From contig JAYWIR010000031.1 in the NCBI GenBank assembly GCA_036172245.1, positions 2,542,001 to 2,606,000 on the forward strand: a stretch of DNA of 64,000 nt. Reading direction: 5' to 3'. Position numbers and translations under genes: made by a program. This DNA comes from Raillietiella orientalis (Eukaryota). Positions within the stretch are counted from its first letter, which is position 1; the number at the start of each line of letters is the position of its first letter. Below are positions 1 through 14,349 of this stretch, piece by piece. Under the pieces are notes generated by a model. That model was not told the origin of the DNA and made no database searches. It worked only from the letters and a program-made list of their open reading frames with translations.

Positions 1-53
1 GAAATTTCAGGCGCATCTCTTGTCGGAAAGACAGTCAGGAAATCTTTCGTGAA

Positions 54-91
54 ATGTTGCAAATTCTTCTGCAAAGAAGAATTTGCAACAT
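54..91. repeat. Perfect 17-bp inverted repeat with GCAA tetraloop
   Basis: ATGTTGCAAATTCTTCT-GCAA-AGAAGAATTTGCAACAT. Confidence 0.9.
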
Positions 92-1489
92 CTTCCGCAA
101 GTTGCTTTAAAATTGCTCCTTCGAACGCCATGAGGAGCGTTTTCCTCATAGCTGTTTCCATTAGGGCCTGACATGAACCTTCACGGAAAAGAACTCCGTA
201 CGTTTCTGACCGACTTTGCTATACCAAATATCAGAATAAAGCTGAAACTTAATGCACGTAATGCACTGCGACAAGAACTGAACACGGTGAATGGATCCGA
301 GCACATTTCGTTGCAAGCAAAGTAAAGGGGACAAAGGTCGTACAAATGCATTTTACTGGTGTGAAATGGCACAGCAGCAAGAAGACGACGACGAATGCCT
401 CGACAAATGCCACTCTAAAACGGCACCCCGAGAAACAGTTAGCAGATTCGATTCTCTTTTTTCCAGATTGTCATCTTCCCGAGGTCCAGTGCTTCTTATG
501 CCGGACCCAAGAGCACGAAAATTTCCAATGAAGCAGCTTTTCCGGAACATACATTTATGGACTGTTTAACATGACTGCATTGACTTGAAAAAATGCCGTA
601 CTTCACATAGCACATTTCTTGGCATATGAGAGACTCTAGAAATCCACTTGTTCTTGCTGTGAGCCAGATTTTCAATGTATTTCAATGTATCGAGATGAAA
701 TGCACACATAGAGTGCAGGGACGGCAGGTTCCAGTGGATTGGGTCACCTTCACGAGTCAAAGGAAGAAAGCACTGGCGCGTCGAAAACTTCAGCACAAAA
801 TGCTGAAGTTTGCGAAAACAATAATTACAATGATTTGCAATAAAACGAATAAATGCAACAGGAATGGTGGCCTTCTTGCTCAAGCTGAAGAAGGAACAAT
901 GAGCGACAAAGATGACGACGCTAATGACTTGAGTTTCGTAACGTGGAGATTAAGGTCAAGAAACCGCCCTTTCTCCTATTCGACAGGAATCGAGAAAACC
1001 AAAGAAAAATCATAAAAATGAGAAAAGTCCGCGTTCCTAATGAGTGCGTGAAAGAATCTTTTCCATCCAAAAAAATTTTCACAGACTAATAATAACTGTA
1101 TTTTATTTTATTTTTTGAGTGGTCAGAAGGGGGATCTGTAGTATCTCACTCAAGGAGTCCAGTAAGCAGGGGGGGGGGGGGGGGATATTGACCTCGAACG
1201 AAGTCACTATAATCACAAGTAGAAACAAAACTTGGTAGGACAACCAACTTGGTAGGTTCATTCCTCCTGATGACGACGAAACGGAACAGTTCTTAAGAAA
1301 ACAGCTTCCGCAAGTTGTTTGCTTGAGCACACCAGGAAGTGAAACACTGATGTTCTGTGAGAAGACGTGAGGTGTGGGACGTGCTATATCACCTTTGAAG
1401 TTACAAAACACACTCATTAATTTCAATCTATCATAAGAACCAATCCTTTAAGCCGTTCTAATGCTGCGAGTGTGGAGCACGGAGCGTAC

Positions 1490-1933
1490 CGATATTTCCG
1501 TACACAAAGACGCATCAGAGTTTTCGTCACTGAGGCGATCGACAGAACTTGAGAGAGTTGCCTGGTCACCCAAAAATTGAAAATGACTTCAGAATACCGA
1601 CCAAATCACTCTTAGATGTAATGAGCGCATGAAGGCAACCACTGTGTGAACACTGCTGAAACATTCGAAATTCCGACTGCAAACCCAGAAGAGCGTTCTG
1701 CAGAAGTTCTCTTCTGCAGAAGAGGACACGAAGCACGGACCCCATGCTGTCTCAGTGGGAGAAGACCTCGTCCGCTCGACGCAGTACCAAAAAGAACAAA
1801 GTGCCAACAAGCAACAGACTTGACCTCTTCGTCAGTAAAGGATTCGAATTCCGACATGGACATGCGACGGCTCGATTCGTTAGTGGTCAGTGACTCTGCG
1901 TCCGAGCTTTGAAAATCTGCTTCATCGTAGTAA
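1490..1933 (-). CDS. Two probable coding exons of an unidentified minus-strand gene (Ser/acidic-rich)
   Basis: 1825-1933 (acattcag|T TAC TAC GAT..GAA GAG|gtcaag; YYDEADFQSSDAESLTTNESSRRMSMSEFESFTDEE) joins in phase 0 to 1490-1561 (tgaccag|GCA..TCG|gtacgc; ATLSSSVDRLSDENSDASLCTEIS). No family recognised. Confidence 0.35.
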
Positions 1934-4900
1934 CTGAATGTCACATTGAAATCATGTCTACATATCCTGAGAACTACTTGCAGAAGATTGCATGTAGGAA
2001 AAATGTATGAGGGCGACCATAACATGGACAACGTATTCTATGTAATAGAATTCGAATAGTGGATGACCTGAAAATGGAACTAAGAAAGATCTTCAAGAAA
2101 CGAAAAAGGATGATTACCCACCCTATAAACAGCTACAAAGACTCTTTGATGTTGATGTTTGCAAAGAAGGATATATGAGATGTTGAACAGCATGAGCTAA
2201 GAAATGGCGAACTTTATACGGACACAATATCTTTAAATTATTAGACTACAGTTTCATTTCATAATGTAATGTAAATTGCAACCTGCAAAAGAAAACGAAA
2301 CATCAACTAATTGGATCAGCTACTGATTCACTATTATTGAACAGAACTGAAGGAAATTTGTATATGGAAGTTCTTTTGTGTTTCAGCCTTGCACAAATCT
2401 AAAATATCATCCAAAATGTTTCCACCTTTCCTGTGTGCTCTGGTATTCATGCCGCATATTCGCCCAGAAGTGAACCTCATGGAGAAACATCGGAAGTGAA
2501 ACTCACCTGCCATTACAGAATTCTCATTGAGAGGATAAATACTCGGAAGCTCTAATTAGTTGCATGAGCAATCCTCAAAAAGGACACTAAGAAAATTTGT
2601 AAGGTTTGGTGCTCCATAAATGGATGGTGAATTCGTTCAGGTTATTGCACTTTTGACAAAACAGAGTGAAAGCGTGGAATGCCTCCATTGCATGGATATC
2701 TCTTGAATGAAAGCATCTTATTAACAACAGTTAATAAAATGACCGGCAATTTGAGAAATATTGTACTGCTAAAGGATCGAAATATATATGTTTTTTTTTT
2801 TTTTTTTTCAAAATTTGTTGGGATTACTCGGAAACGCCAGAGGGCTCCCTTGCAAAAAAATTTCCCTACTGCATCCGGAATTAGAGACACGTGCATTTCA
2901 AATTGCCCTGCGGCTAATAAGCAACTTCCCAGTTTTGAAAAACGGAAAACGTGGGGAGTCTCAACCTTGGGTGGAGGAGAACTTGCTTAAGAAAGATAGC
3001 AATCAAAATTTTTCCTCATGAACGAGATAAAAGCATGCATCGTCATAGAGAGAAATAGGGAAGAGAATCCTAAATCAATCCGAGGATCTGAATCTGCACA
3101 AATAACAAAAACGAAACCTTAGGCACAGCGGTGGATCTCTATGGAACCTCAGAATGAGACTTGGCTTGAAAAATCAGCACTTGCCGTATTATCTGGAGAG
3201 CGGGAAACAACCTAACGATTTCATTTCTGAAATGATCAGTGGGCAGTACCGGACGTGAATGATAAGAACAAATGTGGATAGAATTATGTAAAAATCCAAG
3301 GGATATCACCACAGAGAGCAGTAGTGAGCAAAAGTGACTTCCGGTTTGGCTGTCACCCTTGTATTAGTCTCTTGAAATGTATCATTTGGATTCCAATCAT
3401 CTATTGGTTCGCAAAATGAGATATGAAGCTGTTCACATGGAAACGAAACTGCGATGGGGTAATTCTCGGAAAGCGACAAGGAATAGGCAAGAGGGAAAAG
3501 AAGGATCAGGGGGAAAAGTGCAGGCCATCCGAAACGAATCTCCACACCAAACATGGAATGAGGGCAGTAACGATTTCAGGTGTGAACAGGGCCAGGAAAT
3601 GTATATGTGTCCTTTTGATAGGGCGGCACCTTCTTCGGACTGAGATGGCCCACAGAGCCAATATCAAGACACATGAGGTGCTTAAAAAATGCTGAAAAAC
3701 GCTACCAATAAGAACTACTGAATCTCGAAAACATAAGGCAAACCTGGAAATGATTATTTGTATAAGTTCTAGAATACAAAGATCGCATGCATTTTGTGCA
3801 CACTTTAATATGAAACGTTCATTTTACGTTTGCTCCTATAGCTGGGGGGAGGGGGAGAAGCATTTCTAAATCTTTCGTTTTCCATTTGTTCGTAAGATGT
3901 ACTCGTTTGCTCAGAAGCGAGGCGGAAATTGCAGATTGACCTTTGTTTCCAAGAGGTCAGTCGATCACTAGATTGCAGGTGAGATCCGAACAAGAAACGA
4001 TAGTCAGTTGCATGTGGATTCACGGAAAGATGCTGCTTGCAAGAACACTCAAGCTGCAGTAGCAAAGGATGGAATTCAAAGGAACAAACTCGTGATAATT
4101 ATCTGGCTCGGAATTGCCACTAAAACGATGATGCTCTCTTTATGCCATAGCCCTGAAAGAGATGATTTCAGGAGTGCATTTGTATAACTTTCCGATAATT
4201 TCCAATAAAATGATTCTTGCAAATTTGCGATCTCGAATTTTTTTTTTTTTTCATTGCTGATCGTTTAAAATACACTTCTCGTTTGTTTGCTTCCCAGTTT
4301 TTGCGAATTCTGGGAACCAGCGACGCTGCGACCAAGCCTCCATACTGTTCTCTGCCGCTTCCAAGTGACCTTTTGTTGACTACCCAGTGTGTTTACGTCG
4401 GTCCTTACAATCAGCACAATTTGCCTTTCAGAAGGGTGAAAGTTGGTGCAGCGCAAGTTCTTCCCAGTATGAGCTCTTTTGATTGCAGATGTATGCTCTG
4501 GGCGCGAATCCTTGCCACAATGGAGCAACGGAAATTTCTCGAAATTCTGTTCGATTAACGGCGGGACGAGAGAAAGGAGGTGTACGTACGGTGTATTAAC
4601 GCCTTCGTACGTAGGCAGGCACACCTCGTTCCTGCGAGAAAACCACAAACAGTCCAGAGGTCAAAGCTTCTCCAGACCCTTCCGGAAAATTGGCTGTCGC
4701 CTCGAATTAGCTCGTAATTACAAACACGAAGTGAACTGCCTGTAGTCAAACTTTGACCTGCTGTAAAAAGCTTTGTATTGCCGCAGGACATACGTCACAG
4801 TGAGTCTCGCCTCGGACTTTTAAACATGCCTGATTGCATTCTCGAAAAAGGACCTTATCTGGCATTCTGAGTAGAAAGAGTTATTCTGGATCCTAATTAC

Positions 4901-6007
4901 AAGTTTCCTATTGATTCTGATGAACCAACCATGCTTTCTTCAGTTTCCGAAAAAAATTACTTCTTTCACATCCGAGATATTTTGATTCGGCTACCCTGCC
5001 TTCCGTTTTTACAAGTTTAGGTAGTTCCTAGAGAGCTTCTAAAATCCACGCTGATCACTGAGGCGTTCATTCTTTTGTAAGCACTTAAATTACATTTCCC
5101 ATGTGGTCCGCGACCCAGTGATTTCCAATTTTCTCTGGAAAGCCTCTTAAACCTCCTCGTCCTGTCACTAATGATGCTTTAGTGGAATAGCAGTGCTCCG
5201 TAAGAGGATCACCGATCCAAAAAAGTTCTGCTTAGTTTGCATTTGATCTGTTCGGTCCAATTAACGTTTTGATTAAGTGAGGTATCTCCTTCCTACCAGA
5301 CACCGTTTCTAGCGGAATCAAAGGTGATCCAATGCAGAAAGGTTTTTCCTTGTTGAATCTTTCGGAAAACGTCATCTGGACCAAGATCGGACCATACTGA
5401 CAATGTGGCCCAATGTTGGCTAATGCTAAGATTCTTGGAAGTTATTCGTAAAGTTTTGCAGCAGCGCATTTTCAAATTCCCAGCATTTTTGTGTGAGAGT
5501 TGAATTCTTCGTCCTTGAGATGATAACGACGTTCAGATTATTATATGAATTTTTCAAAATGCAGTTATTATTTCCAAGATTAATGCTCTGATTTATCGTG
5601 GGAACAACCTGCTGTTGTGTGCTTTTGATCTTGAGAGCTTCCAGTTCTGTTTTCCAGAGATCAACTTCAAAGTTCTTTTGCTCACAGTAGCTCTGTGCTA
5701 GGTGGCAGTTTCTCTCCAGAACCCCCTCTGAGAAGTTTCACAGGCAGAGAAATTTTAAACGGGGTAGACACCGATTCAAGCTGAACAACCAACAGTAGTA
5801 AAAAAAAAAAAAAAAATGTTTACGAAGAAACCAATGAAATCACTTCGTATCTATCTTCTTCAGCATCTTTCTTCACCGTGATGGTTCAGTCATGAGCTCA
5901 CGATTTCTACATGTGATTCTTGTACTGAAAAATGAAATCATCATTTATCATGGAGAAAATCAAATCTTGAAACGGATAGTCCGTCACTGTTTTTGTTTTC
6001 TTTTTTT

Positions 6008-6030
6008 TTGTGTGTGTGTGTGTGTGTGTG
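6008..6030. repeat. (TG)n microsatellite after a T-tract
   Basis: Directly visible. Confidence 0.9.
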
Positions 6031-8942
6031 TATTCTTTTTTTCGAATGCACGAAAAGGGTTATAATGGCATGCTGCTGGAATGCATCTTCATTAAGCACG
6101 TTGGTTTCGTCCCATGCCTGAATCCAGCTTGCGCACCTAACTGTTTTCCATCTGAGACACTTCCGCATTTGTTATCTGAATCCTCAAAAGGAAGATTTCC
6201 CTCTAAAGAAAAAGGGAAGGGGGGGGGGGGGAAATGGGGTTTTCGCTATTCATGGATTTACGCCTCGTGCACGTTTCTTCATAACGCAAGCAGAACGGAA
6301 AAATGGGTTGAGTAATGGACATTTCGAGCTTACCTCTATACCGACCGACATACGACTGGTCGTATAAATCAAGGGTACGGTACGGATTCACGGAAACACA
6401 TACTTCTCCTATGTATGTGTATATCCTTCCATTTTCATACCTAGAATTGGTTAAAAAATCAAACGTGATGAATAATTCTTAGTACAAAAAATGCAAAGAA
6501 AAAAAAGTTTTTGTCCCAATTCCTTAGCAAAAATCCCAAGAGAAAAAAAAAGGAAAAAAAAAAAAAAGACTGTACAAGGCATCACGAATAACCTTTCCAC
6601 AGAACAAGTTGATTTCGAACGTACAACTGCATGCAACTATTTTCCAAATGCAGGGGGGCAATGAGTCACTAACCATAAACGCGAATGCACGTTCCATGGG
6701 TGCATTTCCTTCGCGAAACGCACATTTTCTCAGCAATTACCAAATTCAAGATACTGAGATGCTGCGATTCTTATCGAAAAGATATGTATGCATGGAAATG
6801 ATTTTTTTTTTTTTCCATCATCTTCAGTTCCCAGATATTGCTCCTTCCTCCTTCAGCAATCTGCTGATGAAATCGATTTAAAGAAAATCGATTTAAAGAA
6901 GTGAGTCTGTTCGCGGAAGAACGTGAAGACGTTCGCAACCGAGCGATGCAGCAAATCTGTATGTACCCCCCGTCCGCATACCCTCCCCTCTGCAGGTGGC
7001 AGAAAAGGACGAAGAATATTGTAAAACCTCTCTTAAAGCACTCCAAATGACTTGTCAAAACGTGGTGACTAGGAAATGCCAAAACAAACCGGTTGTCGAA
7101 GAGGGAGATGCACGATGTAGACAGAATCGCATGCCAGAGCCAGAGTCCAGTGTTTCGATTTAAAGAAACGCAGGAAAATGCGATTACGATTGCTTTCCAT
7201 TTCACCTACCCCGAAGCGATCATCTGGAGTGGTCTCGATCTCTGTGTGCTGTCCATTAATTCTCATTGGATCGCAGCCCTACTACTGAAGGGAGCCCTTA
7301 AAACGAAGCTGCTTGCCTAACCAGATCAAGAAACAGGAGGAAACGTGGAAAGGAATGTTGGTACATGCAAATTTCAAGGAACGAAATCATCTCCGTTAGT
7401 GGACACTTTGTCTATAAGCACGATGAAAATGAATAAAGGCTGATCCTGAAGACCTCTTGCACTTTGAATACCGCCACAGTGTGTCAGTTAAAAAGGAACG
7501 CATTTCGCAGAACAGAACGAAAAAGAAGAAAATAGATGCGAGGAAGGAGGAGGCAATACATACGTATTTCATCTCACAAGCTATCAGTGACATGGACTCT
7601 GTGCATTCGCCGGAAACGTTTTCTCTTTCAAGGAACCGATCTCCGGTATGCATCAGAAGAATCAGCAAACCAGTGGAGAGTCTGATGTTGCCGCTGGGCA
7701 ACAGCGCAATGCCCCGTGCACTCAGTAGGGCTCACGACGCCACGAAGCTTCCCTCTCATGGATTGCACCAAGGAGTTGCATAATAGCAGCGACCATTCAC
7801 AGCGGACCATCGGCTTTGCTCTGCCTGCGATTCATCATCAGCTGAGAAGATACTCAGGCGAAGAAAACACAGAAGGAGAGAGAGAGGGGGAGAGAGAGAC
7901 GAAACGTATGTATGCTCGGACACTAAGAAATCTGAAGAAGATTTGTTGGTCGCACGTCCCCAAGTGCATTTCTTGATACTCTCTCCGTGGGACACACAGC
8001 CGGAATTTTGCGGATCGTTGTCGGCAAATGACCACCTTCCTTTCCTTTTGCAAAACCGCTCTGTATGAAAGTGAGTGCTTCTGTAGAAAAATCGAGACAC
8101 GCTCGAGACAGCCCTTGCGGCTCGCTCGTGCCTGAGTCCCCTGATTTGCGTATGTTTATTCGCGACTGCTTGCCATGGGTGAAACTGGGAGGAAAAGAGA
8201 AAGCGTCACGAGGCCAAGATGCTGCTGCATCCCGAGAGCGGGACCGCTCCCCCTCTCGGGATGACCGCGCTCCGCTCCGCTCTTACTGGAGTCACCTTCC
8301 GTTGGAGACCGCCTGCAGCCAAGAGAACGCGCGCGACGAGAACGCCGTATACGTTTATCTGTACGCGCTCGTTTTGAGACCAAGCAAACAAGGCAACAGT
8401 CCGTGCTGAATTCTCGATATGCAAGCACGGATTTATGAACGATTCCAAGCTCTGGAATTCACAAAGGAAACATTGGGCAAGCAAGCTGGATTGATCCCAA
8501 ACGGCCTGAATTTTTTGTCCTGGAGAAAAGGAAACCATGAAGACAGAGCGAGCATCACAAAGGACAGCGGTGGATTGCTCCCGAGACACGGTTGAGATGT
8601 TCCGGTGTCACTGGAAGTGCTGCGGTGGAGTTCGAAAGGCTTCACGGTTAGCGCTGGTTATCCCGTTCCAGAAGATACGGTATGTTCATTAAGACCAATG
8701 CACAAAACCAGTACGGATCCCGCTGCGGAATTCAAGCCAGTGATGAATGATCTTCTCTTGACCGCCGAAAAATCAAATGAGCTCGCTACCAGTGGAGACC
8801 CGGCTGTGGTGCAGTTACGAAAGGGACTCATACTGCTTTGATCAGGAACCAAATTCCCATCTGCTGATTCCATCCAAGAACTCAATGTTCAAGTGAAAGA
8901 TGGGCGAGGATTCATTAGAAACACTCAGTAGTACACTCAGTA

Positions 8943-9058
8943 GGGGTCAGGGATTCACCCCGGCGAAGATAAAATGAAACCTGTTGCTGACGACCGTCTG
9001 CATTTCGAAGGGGAGGAAGCATAGGGAGCTCCCGTCTATCGACGGCAGCAAATACTGA
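8943..9058 (+). repeat. ~110-bp direct repeat, copy 1 (copy 2 at 10737-10836)
   Basis: ggggtcagggat..aaaatgaaacctgttgctgacgaccgtctgcatttcgaaggggaggaagcatagggagctcccgtctatcgacggcagcaaatactg is colinear with 10737-10836. Confidence 0.85.
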
Positions 9059-10736
9059 CTATTCATGATAACTTCTTTTCCTTTTTTTTTTAAGGGGGGG
9101 GGGGGGACAGTAAGCAGTTGGAAGAACTGGCATGGAGTTTTCCGAATCAGAATACGAGATTTATTAGACGAAGAAAGGTATTTTTAGCAAAAGGCTTATG
9201 AACGTTTATGGGTTTCGAGATGGAGCTACTAAGAAACATGAAGAATAGGGCACTTGCGGAGAAGCAGATGTGAAGTTACTGCATTTTTCGGTTTAGCTGA
9301 CATTTCCGACAGCATCCACTTTGATAAAGGTGTGTGATCGGTCAAAACCTCACTCCTAACCAAAAGCATCCTCAACGTTAGATAACGTGCTGGGAATAGA
9401 AAAAAGCTTTGGTACAGCAAAGTACGGTCGACGCTAAAGCAAACTAGAAATCGCCCATTATCCATTCCGAGAAACTCTCAAGACGTTGAGATGGGAAAAT
9501 TCAAGCCGAAAATGTTTGGAGTCTTTCCTTCCACGTTTTCCCACATCCAGATGCAATTAACAGCTGATGGAATTAGCATAGAATGCTACATATAACGGCG
9601 TTACCCCTGAGGTTGGACGGAATATATATACGAAGTATGAAGTGCTCAGGAATGTTTGAAATACGAGGAAGCACACTGTACGGTCACTTTTTCATACGAT
9701 GTCGACTGCGGACCCTGAAGCTGCAAGATCTGGTTTCTGTGCATCAGCAGCCCATCAGATCAAAGTGCATCGAATGCATGGTTAGTGCAAAACGAGGTCT
9801 CTGGCTGACAAGCAGCAAGCTTAACTACCTCGTTGACAACCAGAATAAACCGCTAACCATGGTCCATAATTATACATCCGAAATGAAATGATGCCGTCAA
9901 GTATTGGGCGAAAGCTGCCGCTCAGCTTTCATGTTTGATACCTTTGGTCATTTGGAGTTTATGCCTCCAGAAAAGGCAACACGGATCACGAGGTCACACG
10001 GACGGCATGGAACGCTTGGAACAAAAACGATGTGCATCAAAATTTTCACGTTCCCTCTCCACGCGACGCCACCAAACGACCGAAATTCACCCTCGAGGTC
10101 AAGAGGCTGTTCGATCCCAAGAGGTCGTTCTGGGAACAACCCCTTGGAAGGAACAGTCGTGAAGGGGTACGCGCTTTCCCTTAAAGCGTGGCCGCGATCC
10201 GGTCCCGATGGGTCCCTCTGCTCCCCCCGTTCGTGGAACCTTTGCCGGCGTGCTGCAAGGACACTCCCTGCGTGCCGGAGGCGCCGGCGATGGGGAGCGC
10301 GCACTCGTGGGGTTCCCGGTAAAGGCCGCAATCGTCGGAAACATGCGAGATGGCGCCGCCAGGAAATTTTGCCAGGCCGACAGGGACACACCCCGGCAGC
10401 AGAGAGTGGGGTGGAACCCTCCCCACGCCAGTAATGGATAATCACCGACAGAGCCGTAATGGCAGACCATCGTACGCAGCGCTTTCTTTGGACGGAACAC
10501 GCAGCACAGGCGACACCCCGGCTCGACTGAACGGTGTTTTCCCTGACACGAATCACAGATCGGGAATGAATTCCAATGGACCGCTGCAGCAAGGAGGACT
10601 GTTTCGAAATTTTCGTGACCACGAAGGACTCGCTGTAACGCAATTCAGAAAGACGAGGCGTTTTGCGCAGCCCGGCAAAAGTGCCGGACACGGAAACGGC
10701 CATTTCGGTGCTTACGGGTGCCCGTAAGTTCACGCT

Positions 10737-10836
10737 GGGGTCAGGGATAAAATGAAACCGGCTGCTGACAACCGTCTACGTTTCGAAGGGAAGGAAGCCT
10801 GGGGAGCTGCCGCCTGTCGACGGCAGCAAATACTGC
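10737..10836 (+). repeat. ~100-bp direct repeat, copy 2
   Basis: ggggtcagggataaaatgaaaccggctgctgacaaccgtctacgtttcgaagggaaggaagcctggggagctgccgcctgtcgacggcagcaaatactgc. Confidence 0.85.
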
Positions 10837-13800
10837 CAAGAAATCATGGATGGATGCTGTCGGAAAAGAGGGTGAACCCGGACCGGAGGGAGGAGGGTGA
10901 AAAAATAATGGCGAGAACGAAGCGAGGTCGTGAACATTGAGCCGAAGATTTCCGAGAGTGCTTTAAAAGATGTCAAGCAGACATTACGTTTTTGGTTACC
11001 CGATGCCATCAACCCTCCTCTCCTCCCCTCCCCCCCCCCCACAGACTGCGTGGCGATTACCACGCCACACCGAAGGCATGCGCCCATGGAAACGGATGGG
11101 GGGGGGGGGAGAAACGAATCTCGAAATCTCCAAGTGTTTCAAATCTTAAAAATGAAATCCAACAGCGAAAACTCTCACCTCTGCTTTAAATTGTCTATGA
11201 ATTTTTCAATCGTTATCTCGTCTAAGAGAACAAAGTCTCCAATCCCAACATCGTCGATGAAGGATGCCATCTTTGATAACGACTCTTCAGGTGTTAACGG
11301 AAACCTAAAACGGAAAAAAATTGAGATGTCCTCCTCCTTCCGTTCTTCGTTAATGCATGATCAACAGGAAGCTCTCGATCTATTTCAAAGGGGGAGGGGA
11401 GGGGGGGGGAAGCTCTCAGTAAACTGAAAGAGGTGCTGCAAAAGAGCAAAGGCTGCAGCTGCACACGTGTCTTCACTCACGAGTTATCATGTAATTTGGG
11501 GGGGAGGGGGGAGGGGGGGGGAGACGCTGAAACTATGAAGTACTGCATGCAAATATCGGCTTGAACTCTCGAAACGTTTGGTAACAACCACAAGTAAATG
11601 AAAAGGGCAGTATGAAGAAGGAAGGAAAAAAAAAAAAACGCCTCAAGATTTGATTTCTACACACTTTGACCTTAACCAAAAAGGCCGAGAAGCTATCATT
11701 CATCTTAAACACACTGTATTTTCTTCGTATCTCACTGGGCTTCTTCAGACCGAATTGCAGACCAAATATGCGAAATAGGGAACGAGCTGAAGAGACTTTC
11801 TTCACACACGTTCCCGACTATCGAAAAGTAGGGCCTTTTTTTTTTTTTTTTTTTAAAGTCACTCATTTCCCAACCTGCATTGAGGGCCCAGTTCAATGCG
11901 CACAGGAACGAAACGAATTTTTTTCAAAAACTGGCCCCCCACCTTTGGTGAGCACCCTTCACTTCAATTTGATGACACAGTGACTTTCATCCTTCGGCGG
12001 CAAAACTTTTTACTTGCAGCGTGAACCATCATTCTCGAGACAAAACCCGTATCGTCCTCGGATCCGATTCATGCCAAGCAAACGAAAAGAACTCTCACAA
12101 GCTGAACAGTCGTCACGTATGCAGAAACACGTACACAGAAAAATGGTTACCGAAAATTCCCCTTGCACGTTACATAACACGTTCAGTTTTCGTTGCACCG
12201 TTTCAAATGCTTGTGGCACACCTGCGCGTTATTCACGCGCGGAAACCTTCCATCTGGCGGGGAAGTGCTCAATTAAAGGGGGGCTGCCGCTGGGTTTGGG
12301 GGAAGGGGGAGGAAACGGTCCTCCTCATCCGAAGCGTGGCTCTCCCCCGGTCGGCCAGCGGCGGGCGACCGGCGAACTGCAGGAACTTTGAAAAAAAAAA
12401 GTTTCCAAGACTGCGTTTCGCTAATGCTTCCAACGAAAACCTTCTTGCAAGTAAAAAGCCTCTTGCAGAAAAAAAAAAAAAAAATGAAGGAAGCGTACAG
12501 AACTGCTAAGGCGCGCACGACCCCTGTACGGTTGGCATCACGTTCGGGAACCGGGGTGCAAAAACCACCCGAAAGTCCCTGATCGAGGTGACAGGTTGCC
12601 TCTGCAGCTTTCTGCCTCGACGAGGCTTTCACCCGAACCTGCTGAATTTACAGAACTATAATAATTCCATACGATGACGTATGCGCAGACACGGTGAGGA
12701 TTCCTCATTGGCTTCTTGTGAGAAACAGAAGGGTGAACACATACGAGGAAACATAAAAACCAGCCACTGCTCCGCAAAACGTAAACAGATGGGAATGGTG
12801 AAAACTCATCCGCAAAGGTCTTTTGTGTTCACGCTGAAGAGAGACAGGAAGAGGAAACCAACTGTTGAAATGGTAGCACGCCGAACTCTCGAGAATAAAA
12901 ATCCATCAGGGAATTTGAATTTGTCGAAAGGAATGTTTTGTATTTGCCGCCACCCCTCCCAATGACAAAGTTGAATACAGTGGAACGGCAAATGCTTTCC
13001 GAAGAATCTTGAAATTTGCGAACAGCCATTCGCACAGAGAGTGCCACAATCGCACCAATGCTGACGTGCCGAAAATAGTGCGAGGTGCTTCAGATGTGCA
13101 CACTTACTCCGGAAACTGAGGGTGAATACACACGGATGCTACGCAATTCTTTCAAAGGTTCCACGGATTCCTGTTGGCTGCAACAACAGGCGTGGGCAAA
13201 GCCAAAAAAAAAAAAAGGTGCAAAAAATCGGCCTTTCATCCCCGGGAAAACTGGAAAACGGCAGGAATTTTCAAGCATCCAAGGGAATTCCTTTGACTTT
13301 CTTTTGCTTTCATCCTCTGAGACGTGGCCGTGCTTCTGTGCGCATCGATCCAAACCGAACGGTTCCTGGCGTCATCAAGGAAATGTGCCTTTGACCTAGA
13401 TTGGAAGTGGAGGAGACGTGCTAAGCGGGCGCAAGCGTCTGCCTGGAGTAATTGACGCGACGTTGCTACACTCCCACGAGAGGCAGCTGGAGCTGCAGAT
13501 GTCACGGAAGCGGTCTTCCAACTTCACCCTTTGAATTCCGATACGGCCAAGAAGAATGCTGCCAGCCGCCCTTACAAGGGCACGGGGAAGCTGGGATGTG
13601 TTTCCGTCTGGGGCGCTCCAGACATCAATGAACCAGTCTAGCCAAGAGGGCCGTCCAAGACCAAAGTTGCGCAACCCAAGGGACCAGATTCCCCCCTTGC
13701 GAATGCTCGTTTCCGTTTCCTTAGGTGCTTCAGAAGCTATCCACTGTCGAACAGATTAACTCCAGGAAACTGCACCGAATTTTCACTGCGCTCATCATTT

Positions 13801-14349
13801 TTTGCCTCCCGTTTCGGTCCTCTTTTCCGTTTCTTTCCGTCTCCAATTGGAACAAAATCGGGACTTTTCGGTTCGCTATTTGGAGGATGCGTTGCATTCC
13901 ATCCCGCTTTTCCATTGCAGCCGGCTGAATCCCAGTCTCAGGCATCTGGATATCTGCAAACGCCCTTCTCGTATTGTGATCCAAGGGATGGTGATGCTTG
14001 CAGCATGCCAGCAATCGACTCACGCTCTCTTCGTTTCGCCTTTCCCCTGAGGCCGTGGCTTGATGTTTTTCAGGCGCAAGCGCCCTAAGGTGCGTGACAA
14101 TACACACAGCAGCTCGTACACTCCAAAGACGGTGTGGTCACACAGGTGCGTGCTTTTAATGTGCATGGAATGCAAAGGAATCGCCAGAGAGTTCCTGGTA
14201 TTCTTCCCGGAATCTTCCTCGTTGTCCCGGTTTCTGAGACATGGGCAATTCCGACCGCTTCAAAGAAGCCCCATATGGCAACTCGCCGGAGTCATCAGGA
14301 ATTTTCCAATCACCACCTGACAGAAAGCTTTCAGGAGAACAAACGTCAA

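Noticed and set aside
9904..10733. Overlapping 125-261 aa ORFs between the two direct repeats (LTR element or gene?)
   Set aside because: No gag/pol/transposase motifs; the repeats lack TG..CA ends, PBS and PPT; the ORFs look like GC-rich noise.
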